From assembly GCA_021845575.1 (NCBI GenBank), contig JAJZVQ010000001.1:22172-86171 (forward strand): a stretch of DNA of 64,000 nt, given 5' to 3'. Every line of letters starts with the position of its first letter. Within the stretch, counting starts at the first letter, position 1. Made by a program: the position numbers and the translations under genes. The notes under the pieces were generated by a model. That model was not told the DNA's origin, did not search any database, and worked only from the letters and a program-made list of their open reading frames with translations. Below are positions 56,840-64,000 of this stretch, one piece after another. Source of the stretch: Candidatus Micrarchaeota archaeon. GTDB lineage: Archaea > Micrarchaeota > Micrarchaeia > Micrarchaeales > Micrarchaeaceae.

Positions 56840-56961
56840 TTGTTGTAATGGTTGAAGTAACCGTTGAAATTGTAGTTGATGGACTAATGGGTGCTCATCC
56901 TAATAAATATAACAGTATGTGATTCAATCAAAATACGAAATAGAAAAAATAGTATAAGCAA
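56840..56961 (-). repeat. repeat family copy C (internally deleted)
   Basis: Core at 56842-56860. Positions 56840-56890 and 56918-56961 match the two ends of copy A almost base for base, and about 90 nt of A's middle is missing. It lies upstream of ubiA. Confidence 0.8.
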
Positions 56962-57077
56962 CCTTTTTATTTAACGAGGCGTTGTATTATCTTTAAGCCC
57001 ACTATAATATATAAAAAGGTCTATTTTATATATCCTGAATAGATATATTTATATATTTAATTAGTATATAAATATCT

Positions 57078-57347
57078 ATGAGACAAATACAGGCACAGAC
57101 AATGCATTCACCGACGTTGGACACTGTGTTAATGGTAGAACATACATTGCAGGATGCCAAGGGGGTAATTAAAATAGCTGTACTTAAGCGTAGGTTGCCA
57201 CGCAAGGTGATGCACCAGACATTGATGAGAATACTTGATTACCTTCAGGAGAGCGGTAAGATACTAATCACAACGAAGGGAGTTGTTTGGACGTACACGC
57301 CTAGGGATATGATGGAAAGACTGAAAAAGAGAGGTCTGGAGCTATGA
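57078..57347 (+). CDS. winged-helix protein, candidate antitoxin of a type II TA pair
   Basis: 89 aa. LPRKVMHQTLMRILDYLQESGKILITTKGVVW looks like a wHTH. It overlaps the downstream toxin-like gene by 4 nt (ATGA). Confidence 0.45.
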   Translation: MRQIQAQTMHSPTLDTVLMVEHTLQDAKGVIKIAVLKRRLPRKVMHQTLMRILDYLQESGKILITTKGVVWTYTPRDMMERLKKRGLEL

Positions 57348-57709
57348 ACCCTTCAAAGGTAATAAGGGTAATTCTTCAGGATCAGGCTAGAGAGGTGTAT
57401 AAAGCTTTATCCAGAATTGTTAAAGGACAGAAGAAGAAAGGTAAGATAAACTCCGAAAAAATGCAACTTCTCAAATCTATAGATAAGAAAGTCGCATTAT
57501 TGAAATACAATCCTGCATATGGGCAGAACATATCCAAGGATCTCATCCCCAAAATATTAGATGTGGGTAACCTTTTCAGAGTCGAGTTAACACATTATTG
57601 GAGAATGCTTTATACAATTCGAACAAATGAGGTAGAGATAGTAAGCTTTGTGCTTTACATTATAGACCATCCTGCTTATGACAAGCTCTTTGGGTATAAA
57701 GGCAGGTAA
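57344..57709 (+). CDS. RelE/ParE-superfamily toxin-like protein
   Basis: LKYNPAYGQNI..NLFRVELTHYWRMLYTIRTNEVEIVSFVLYIIDHPAYDKLFG follows the RelE pattern (..nP..G..l....g.yR.r.gdyRiiY.i.....v.il.i.hR..aY). Confidence 0.55.
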   Translation: MNPSKVIRVILQDQAREVYKALSRIVKGQKKKGKINSEKMQLLKSIDKKVALLKYNPAYGQNISKDLIPKILDVGNLFRVELTHYWRMLYTIRTNEVEIVSFVLYIIDHPAYDKLFGYKGR

Positions 57710-57922
57710 ATATATGCAAATGTAAGCGATTGCATAATAATACTTATAGAATAAGACTGCATGAAAAGCTGCAGCGATACCAAGCCTATTACCCGAATTT
57801 CCATTTTGACTGAAAATATCGACGGTAAATTTGTAGTGCCCAACAGGTTTAATATCTGGGAAAATTTTCCAAACTTCGTTTGGAGCTGTCTAATCCTTCA
57901 GTAATAACTGTTTTTTTTGAAA

Positions 57923-59455
57923 CTATTTACTCCTATTTTTTCCCCCTTTTTTATAATCTCTTTTTCTTTTGCCTGAATATTTTTTTCTATCCCTCCATAT
58001 ATTGGGTTTTGTTTGATTCCTTTCGTCATTTTGTTCTCTATAAGTCCTTTCACCATAATTTTTTTGATCCGTATTCCTTCCTGTTTGGTATCCTCCTCCG
58101 CGTTTTGCATTATAACCTGCGGATTTTGTTTGATTCCTTTCGTCATTTCGATTTCTGTTATAGTTTTTATTGTTGAATTTTCTTGAACCGTAATCCTTTC
58201 TTGTGTATTCCTCTTCGTTCTTTGATCCTGTCTGGCTTCTGTAAGTCCTTTCGCCATAATTTCTTTGACCTTGTTCCCTTCCTGTTTGGTACCCCTCTCC
58301 GCGTTTTGCATTATAATCCGCAGATTTTGTTTGATTCCTTTCGTCATTTCGATTTCTGTTATAGTTTTTATTGTTGAATTTTCTTGAACCGTAATCCTTT
58401 CCTGTGTATTCCTCTTCGTTCTTTGATCCTGTCTGGCTTCTGTAAGGTCTCTCACTGTAATCTCTTTGGCCATGTTCCCTTCTTGTTTGATATCCTTCAT
58501 TATGCCTTGTATCCTGTTCTGCGTGTTTTGATTGATCCCTTTCGCCATTTTGGTTTCTGTTATATCCCCTATTATCAAATTGTCTTTGATCCTGATTTCT
58601 TCTTGTTTGATATCTTTCATCACGCCCCTTTTCTTCCATACCTGGTTTTTTCGGCTTTGTTTTCGTTTCACTTATCTTTTTCATGCTTTTATCAAGATCC
58701 GCTTTAAGCTGATCGGCAATGAATCTTTTGGAGAAGTAATCCCCCTTAAGGGCTATGGCGAGCTTCGCTGCGTATGCTCTCGCCACTTTTCCTTTCAGCT
58801 GCTTCGGTGCGTTCGTCACTGCGGGCAGTTTGAACAGGATGCCGTACTTCGGAGGCCTGCTGCCGTACTTGATGTGCTTGAACAGCGCCTTCTCCGCTCC
58901 GAGAAGCTGGAGCGTGCTTGCCGGGAATGTCGCCAGCCTTTCCAGCGTCCCTGCCTTGCTGAGCATTTCCGCCGCCATCTTTTCGTCAGTAAGATAACTA
59001 AGGTTCGGCATCAGCCTGTTTGATGCGCCTTTTATGTAACTTTCAAGCATTTCGATTAACTTTTGCGTAGATAGGCTGTACTCCGCAAAGGATTTTACCA
59101 CGTCTATCTCCTCTCCGCTTTCGATCTTTCTGCCTACATTGTTGGAAAGGCTTTCAAATACCCTTTTCCCCTTGTCAGCATTTCCAGTTATTCTGGTTAT
59201 TGCTTCAGCGTCTATTTTTCCGCTTGAAATCTCGATTATAAGATTTGCCAGGATTGTCGGGCTCCCTATTTTGACGTCAGGAATATATATCCCGCTCCAT
59301 TCCTCCATTCTCTCGTTTATCAGGTTGTACGCTTTAGTCAATTCAAGATAAGCGTTTATTGCCTGCATAAGCGTATACTCTTCGCTTGAATACGCTTCTT
59401 TTATGCCCATTTTTGCTTTTTCTATCAATCTTTTTCTAAGATCTTCATTTTCCAT
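57923..59455 (-). CDS. nop5: Nop5 (Nop56/58) C/D box sRNP core protein with a long repetitive C-terminal tail
   Basis: NOP domain region GAEKALFKHIKYGSRPPKYGILF, N-terminal and coiled-coil domains, and a ~250-aa R/N/Q/Y/G/K-rich tail. Start taken at MENEDLRK. Confidence 0.85.
   Translation of the reverse strand: MENEDLRKRLIEKAKMGIKEAYSSEEYTLMQAINAYLELTKAYNLINERMEEWSGIYIPDVKIGSPTILANLIIEISSGKIDAEAITRITGNADKGKRVFESLSNNVGRKIESGEEIDVVKSFAEYSLSTQKLIEMLESYIKGASNRLMPNLSYLTDEKMAAEMLSKAGTLERLATFPASTLQLLGAEKALFKHIKYGSRPPKYGILFKLPAVTNAPKQLKGKVARAYAAKLAIALKGDYFSKRFIADQLKADLDKSMKKISETKTKPKKPGMEEKGRDERYQTRRNQDQRQFDNRGYNRNQNGERDQSKHAEQDTRHNEGYQTRREHGQRDYSERPYRSQTGSKNEEEYTGKDYGSRKFNNKNYNRNRNDERNQTKSADYNAKRGEGYQTGREQGQRNYGERTYRSQTGSKNEEEYTRKDYGSRKFNNKNYNRNRNDERNQTKSAGYNAKRGGGYQTGRNTDQKNYGERTYREQNDERNQTKPNIWRDRKKYSGKRKRDYKKGGKNRSK
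58094..58495 (-). repeat. 201-bp tandem repeat (2 full units plus degenerate flanking units) inside the nop5 3' region
   Basis: For example, cgtcatttcgatttctgttatagtttttattgttgaattttcttgaaccgtaatcctttc occurs at both 58141 and 58342. It encodes the 67-aa unit GYQTGREQGQRNYGERTYRSQTGSKNEEEYT.KDYGSRKFNNKNYNRNRNDERNQTKSA.YNAKRG. Confidence 0.85.
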
Positions 59456-59578
59456 GTCATCAGTATTATATAAAAGTAAGGATTTATAAATTATCTTTAC
59501 ATAAATAGATAATGCAATTGTATTTTGCAATGAAATTTAAATATTTTGTATAATCGATATTTTATATGGGTGATATAG

Positions 59579-60223
59579 ATGGTATCAATAAATAAGGAGA
59601 GCAAGTCGCGCATAGAGGAGATATTCGCAAAGGAGTTGGAAAAGGACGTAAATCTGATGTTTTTCACAGATGTCCAGAGCAAGTGCGAGCTATGCAATGA
59701 AATGAAGCAGCTTCTCGAAGAGTTATCCGCCCTTACCAAGAAGATAAAGCTTACAGTATATGAAATCGGGAAAAACAAGAAAGAGGCAAAATTTTTGGGA
59801 ATTGAGAAAGCGCCGGCACTTGTGATTGGAGGCGAAAAACTGTATAATTTATATTATTACGGTCTGCCTTCAGGCTATGAATTTCCGGCATTGGTAGACG
59901 ATATAATAGACGCTTCGCACGGGAATACAAACCTGTCGGAAACCACAAAAAACAAGCTGAAGGACATCAAAAGGATTACGGACATAAAGGTTTTTGTCAC
60001 CCCGACATGTCCATACTGTTCAAAAGCGGTCAGGATGGCGCATCAGTTTTCCATTGAAAATTTGAATATAAAGGGGATTATGATAGAATCCAATGAATTT
60101 CCCGAGCTTGCGAATAGATACGGCGTGATGGCTGTGCCAAAAATCGTGATAAATGATAAGATAAGCTTTGAGGGCTCGATACCGGAAAAGGATTTTTTGG
60201 AGCAAGTGTTCAAAGCAATATGA
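59579..60223 (+). CDS. protein disulfide oxidoreductase (two thioredoxin-fold units; glutaredoxin-like)
   Basis: The two active sites CELC and CPYC lie about 110 residues apart, as in archaeal PDO. 214 aa. Confidence 0.75.
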   Translation: MVSINKESKSRIEEIFAKELEKDVNLMFFTDVQSKCELCNEMKQLLEELSALTKKIKLTVYEIGKNKKEAKFLGIEKAPALVIGGEKLYNLYYYGLPSGYEFPALVDDIIDASHGNTNLSETTKNKLKDIKRITDIKVFVTPTCPYCSKAVRMAHQFSIENLNIKGIMIESNEFPELANRYGVMAVPKIVINDKISFEGSIPEKDFLEQVFKAI

Positions 60224-60247
60224 CCTTTTGATATTATATGTGGTTTT

Positions 60248-61759
60248 TTGGAGAAAAGAATTGTCGCAAAAAAAAGAAAAATAACTCTAAGCAAAAAGAT
60301 CTTGATCTTACTGCTAGTGATATTCGAAATAATTATTCTAGCGTTTAGCTACCTTGCCACGTTTCTCGGAATTGCCTTGCAATGGATAGTCGCGATTCTG
60401 TCCCTTTTTGCAGTCGGAATAACGATTAGGAAATTAGCGGACTTGAACGGATGGAGCGCGCTTATGCTTATAGGCAGCAAGAAGGGTTTGAACATAATAG
60501 ATAGGACGGCAAAGAAACACGACTTATTCTGGAACGAGATGGCGATGTGGGGGGTAACTTTAGGTTTCGGGCTTCTTGCATACCCTCTGCTTAAGGGCAG
60601 AATTAACAAAAAGACATACGCATTGGGAATTGTATCATTGATATTGATACAGTTCTTGGTGCTGCCTAATCTCGGGGTAACAAGTTCTCTTATAAACATA
60701 CCCGAAGTGCCGTCATTGCAAAACATACTTCATAGCCCCCAGGTGTCCGTTATAGGGACAAATTATCTGTCTCTCTTGATTACCTCGCCCTTGTTCCTTA
60801 TAGAAAGCGTTATCAGTGCGGTAACCGGATTCTTGGGTTATGTGTTCTTTGCGCTTCTTTTCAATGCCGGATTGATAATATTAGGAGTGGCAAAATTCCT
60901 TGCAAGCGTTACTGCGGGAGCTCCGCAATCCTCTTTGCTCACAAGCCAGATACCTGGCGCGCTTCCGATAATTCCCGGAGTCGACATCCCGTTGATAGGA
61001 GTGGTGGCGCTCATAATCCTGCTCGTAGTCCACGAATTCTCGCACGGAGTCCTTGCAAGAAAGGCGAAAGTTAAGCTCAAGTCTACCGGCTTATTGGTTC
61101 TTGGCATCATTCCGATGGGCGCATTTGTGGAGCCCGACGAAAAGCAGATAAAGAAACTCAACAGCGTCAAGCAGACAAAGATATTCTCCGCAGGGGTTTC
61201 CGCAAATTTTATCGCAATGCTGTTTTTCTTTGTTTTGATGTATTTATTCCTGTTTTTGATTCCAGGAATAGAGAATACTGGAATCTATATCTCAAATGTG
61301 ACTGTCGGTTATCCCGCATACGGAGTATTAAAACCCGGAATGCAGGTAATTTATTGGAACGGGCAGGCGATAAATAATATCGGCAATCTTTTAAATGCGT
61401 CAAAGAATGATACTCCCGGCTCTATTGTTACAGTAGAAACAAATACAGGAACATACAAATTTACGGCAAAGGCATCCAATTCAACAACGCGCGGATTGAT
61501 AGGGGTAATTTTATATCAGAACACATCCATAAAGGACACTTTTTATGCGCAGTTCATATACCTTTTGTATACCCTATTTGCTCTTTCTTTCATGCTCAAT
61601 TTCCTTGTAGGCGCTATAAACCTGCTTCCGTTGCCGGGTTTTGACGGATGGGGCATATGCAATGTGAACATAAAAAACAAAAAGTTTGTGAAGTTTTTAG
61701 GAGGCCTTGTAATATTCTCTCTTTTAATAAACGTGCTGCCCTGGTTTTTTATACTATAA
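60248..61759 (+). CDS. site-2 protease family M50 metalloprotease with PDZ-like insert
   Basis: HEFSHGV (HExxH) in a TM helix and NLLPLPGFDGW (NxxPxxxxDG) near the C-terminus. Multi-TM. Confidence 0.8.
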   Translation: MEKRIVAKKRKITLSKKILILLLVIFEIIILAFSYLATFLGIALQWIVAILSLFAVGITIRKLADLNGWSALMLIGSKKGLNIIDRTAKKHDLFWNEMAMWGVTLGFGLLAYPLLKGRINKKTYALGIVSLILIQFLVLPNLGVTSSLINIPEVPSLQNILHSPQVSVIGTNYLSLLITSPLFLIESVISAVTGFLGYVFFALLFNAGLIILGVAKFLASVTAGAPQSSLLTSQIPGALPIIPGVDIPLIGVVALIILLVVHEFSHGVLARKAKVKLKSTGLLVLGIIPMGAFVEPDEKQIKKLNSVKQTKIFSAGVSANFIAMLFFFVLMYLFLFLIPGIENTGIYISNVTVGYPAYGVLKPGMQVIYWNGQAINNIGNLLNASKNDTPGSIVTVETNTGTYKFTAKASNSTTRGLIGVILYQNTSIKDTFYAQFIYLLYTLFALSFMLNFLVGAINLLPLPGFDGWGICNVNIKNKKFVKFLGGLVIFSLLINVLPWFFIL

Positions 61760-61846
61760 GGCAATAAACAAGTTTTTTCTTTAAAGGATTTAGAAAAAAT
61801 AAATACTATTAAATATCTGGGGCGTTTTTAACAAATTGGTAATTTA

Positions 61847-62482
61847 ATGAGCGTAATAACTTTGTTACATGCAAAAGAAAGAGAGGAAAAAGTCAAATCA
61901 ATACTGGAAAGGTATCACAATAACGAGTTGGGTATAGACGATACAGTGACAAGGCTGAATCCATATAAATTTCTTCCCGAGTTTTCGATTACAAAACTTG
62001 ACCGCGAGATGATAGAATTTAGCAGGAGCGTACTGGGGAAACTCGGAAAGGGCTGCAAAGACTCCACGCAGAATGTGGATTTAAATGAGGTCAAAAACAC
62101 CGTAAATTTCCTGCTTTCATGGAATTCAAAAAATGTTGTAAAAGCTATTGAAGGCGATCTTGTCGACTTCAGCAATTCTTTGTTAAAAGGAATAGAAGAA
62201 ATGTCTGATGTTTACGTGAATTCATACGATGGCAAATTCTTTAATTATATCACGCAGGAAAACGTATCAAAAGCCCAAAGATTCATTGCCATCATCAATA
62301 CCATGCCCGCAGAGGTGAAAAATACTGTGGCGCCAGAATTTAACAGGGTATGCAAATCAATTACACGCAGCGGAAATGGGACTTATGAATTGTTCCTTTT
62401 ATCCGATTTATTTGATCAAGGCCCAACACTCAAAAATAGGGATAAAATATTAAAAGAAACAAAAAAATTTATGAGGAAATAA
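61847..62482 (+). CDS. hypothetical protein
   Basis: 211-codon ATG ORF encoding a soluble protein. No motif recognised. Confidence 0.4.
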   Translation: MSVITLLHAKEREEKVKSILERYHNNELGIDDTVTRLNPYKFLPEFSITKLDREMIEFSRSVLGKLGKGCKDSTQNVDLNEVKNTVNFLLSWNSKNVVKAIEGDLVDFSNSLLKGIEEMSDVYVNSYDGKFFNYITQENVSKAQRFIAIINTMPAEVKNTVAPEFNRVCKSITRSGNGTYELFLLSDLFDQGPTLKNRDKILKETKKFMRK

Positions 62483-62579
62483 ACAGGGTATTGGTCAATA
62501 ACTATTTGTAATTATCTGCACCTTAGTGGCACTTCGGCGAAAAATGCAAAGCCATAACCTTATAGATATAATTCGCCGA

Positions 62580-63074
62580 CTATACCCTTCTGCCTCTCTT
62601 TCCTCCTGCCCTTCTTGTAGTGTCTGTCGGTATAGGAGTTACGTCTTCTATCCTATTAATCCTAAGGCCGCTTCTAGCCAGAACTCTCACTACTGCCTGT
62701 GCGCCAGAACCGGGTGTCTTAGAACCCGATCCTCCAGGTGCCCTTATCTCAATTCTGACATTTGTAATTCCTTTCTCCTTTGCCTCTGCAGCTATCTTGT
62801 ACGCAGCCTGCATCGCAGCATAAGCACTTCCCTCCTGCGAATCTGCGCTGACCATCATGCCCCCGCTGCTTACGGCTATTGTTTCAGAGCCTGTAATATC
62901 GGTTAAAGTTATAATAGTATCATTCTTTGATGAATACACATGCGCAATAGCCCACACATCTGTTTTAGGCTTTGTCTTTGACTCTTCCATGGCTTTTGCT
63001 TCATATGAAACATTTTCCTTCTTTTTTGTTGGTGCAGTTGTTTTTGCTGCTACCGGTTTTTTCTCTCCTGCCAT
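62580..63074 (-). CDS. rps11: ribosomal protein S11 (uS11)
   Basis: [76 protein letters not shown], with a Lys/Ala-rich N-terminal extension. Confidence 0.9.
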   Translation of the reverse strand: MAGEKKPVAAKTTAPTKKKENVSYEAKAMEESKTKPKTDVWAIAHVYSSKNDTIITLTDITGSETIAVSSGGMMVSADSQEGSAYAAMQAAYKIAAEAKEKGITNVRIEIRAPGGSGSKTPGSGAQAVVRVLARSGLRINRIEDVTPIPTDTTRRAGGKRGRRV

Positions 63075-63084
63075 TTATAACACT

Positions 63085-63666
63085 TTAATTATTTTGTTCT
63101 GTTTCGCCATTATCTCCTTTCTTTTCAGCATCTTCACGGGCAACAACTGCAGTTTCAACCTTTGCCGCAGTATCTTCCACCTTAACCGCTATATTTATAG
63201 GTTTGTAGTATGATAACTGCCTTTCCTCATCCACACTGACCGTGTATCCCGGTTTATTAACTCTTTTTCCATTTATCGCGATAAATCCATGGGTTATAAT
63301 CTGCCTTGCCTGTTTAATAGTTCTCGCCATCCCATTTTTGAATACTATTGACTGCAATCTTCTATCTAAAATATTCTTTTCCTTTAAATCGAGTATATTG
63401 TCAATTGTCGGATTTGTGCCAATGATTCCAGATTTTGAAAGACTTGATATTATATCATCTTCCATCTGCCTGTTTTGTACGCCTCCTGAAAGAAGGAGCC
63501 TGACATTTCTCCTTATCCTGCTTATATTTGTTTGAACAGACCATAACTCTTTCATGTTCTTTAATCCGTACTCATTTATAAGTCCGTTATCGGAATGTAT
63601 TCTATCCAAGTTCCAGATATCCTTTGGCTTGTCATATTTCCTTCTGTTTCTTTTCGGTGCTCCCAA
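63085..63666 (-). CDS. rps4: ribosomal protein S4 (uS4)
   Basis: MGAPKRNRRKYDKPK..NEYGLKNMKELW..RLQSIVFKNGMARTIKQARQIITHGFIAINGKRVNKPGYTV (S4 RNA-binding domain), with an acidic C-terminal tail. Confidence 0.9.
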   Translation of the reverse strand: MGAPKRNRRKYDKPKDIWNLDRIHSDNGLINEYGLKNMKELWSVQTNISRIRRNVRLLLSGGVQNRQMEDDIISSLSKSGIIGTNPTIDNILDLKEKNILDRRLQSIVFKNGMARTIKQARQIITHGFIAINGKRVNKPGYTVSVDEERQLSYYKPINIAVKVEDTAAKVETAVVAREDAEKKGDNGETEQNN

Positions 63667-63681
63667 TTAATCACTTATTTG

Positions 63682-64000
63682 TCATTTTTTTGCCGGTTTT
63701 CCCTTCCCTTCTGCAGGCGGAGCAGATTGTTTCTCCATAGCCTTCTTTGTTACTCCTACAGTTATGCCTGTTCTTCCTGTAGATCTTGTATGTTGCCCTC
63801 TTACCTTTTGGCCATATTGGTGTCTATAACCCCTCCATGTCCTTAGGTTTATATCCCTTGTTATGTACTGCCTCGTAGAAAATACCAAATCATTCCCAAT
63901 ATTGTGTATATTTTTTCCAGTATCAAAATCCTTTTGCATATTTAACATGAATGTGGGTATGCCGCAACTCTCGGGATTTTTAATCAATTCTTCAATATCA
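63682..64000 (-). CDS. rps13: ribosomal protein S13 (uS13), 5'-truncated by the window edge
   Basis: C-terminal RGYRHQYGQKVRGQHTRSTGRTGITVGVTKK motif. The frame stays open to position 64000. Confidence 0.85.
   Translation of the reverse strand, partial: DIEELIKNPESCGIPTFMLNMQKDFDTGKNIHNIGNDLVFSTRQYITRDINLRTWRGYRHQYGQKVRGQHTRSTGRTGITVGVTKKAMEKQSAPPAEGKGKPAKK

Noticed and set aside
48749-56961. Repeat family as a CRISPR array, DGR template/variable repeat pair or IS/MITE
   Set aside because: The copies are kilobases apart rather than in a spacer-repeat array. Differences between copies are not adenine-specific and there is no reverse transcriptase. I found no terminal inverted repeats, target-site duplications or transposase.
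57710-57922. Possible fibrillarin remnant downstream of nop5 (minus-strand reading ..LLGTTNLPSIFSV..)
   Set aside because: The resemblance is limited to a few residues, the frame is short and the rest does not align. The evidence is insufficient.
57898-58671. 257-codon alternative-frame ORF on the same strand as the nop5 tail
   Set aside because: It lies within the 201-bp tandem repeat, where all frames stay open. The Nop5 frame is continuous with the conserved NOP domain, so this one is taken as an artefact.

Overview
This is an AT-rich, very tightly packed archaeal chromosome segment. The archaeal assignment is an inference from PolD DP1/DP2, Topo VI-A, membrane LonB, aEF-1beta, L40e, Nop5, class III signal peptides and archaeal-type tRNAs. 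PolD argues against Crenarchaeota. The small genes, T-loop tRNA insertions and sequon-rich secretome would fit a DPANN/ARMAN-like or Thermoplasmata-related lineage, but I cannot verify that here. Most of the window is housekeeping: rad50, glyS, tyrS, ogg, nfo, an alkA-like gene, ATP-dependent DNA ligase, polD small and large subunits, top6A, lonB, taw1, tmk, nop5 and rps13-rps4-rps11. There is also a respiratory/TCA block on the minus strand (class II fumarase, sdhA-sdhB plus an unusual membrane anchor, ubiD, ubiA/menA-like). I can fold six tRNA genes by hand (Arg, Glu x2, His, Leu, Gln). Features not in the ORF track include L40e, a Zn-ribbon partner of aEF-1beta, a textbook C/D box sRNA and a 38-aa Lys-rich peptide with a CGCGCSC tail. 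The signals I rate most worth follow-up are listed here. (1) A three-copy repeat family with a 19-nt invariant core lies just upstream of the fumarase, SDH and UbiA units. (2) tRNA-Arg and tRNA-Leu both carry insertions inside the T-loop. (3) A 10-gene Epd/Tad-like type IV pilus operon has seven pilin-like genes and sits near a 1035-aa beta-helix surface protein. (4) Nop5 has a 201-bp tandem-repeat R/N/Y/G-rich tail. (5) An NRAMP has NRMT-like (Mg-type) site substitutions. (6) The SDH membrane subunit has a CH...CxxCxH motif. (7) A loosely packed accessory islet (C39-like peptidase, Zn-ribbon, ankyrin, clan GH-A hydrolase) lies next to tRNA-Leu. (8) Two toxin-antitoxin remnants flank ubiA. I found no CRISPR array, rRNA, integrase or transposase. 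All family calls rest on motif recognition by eye, with no database search.
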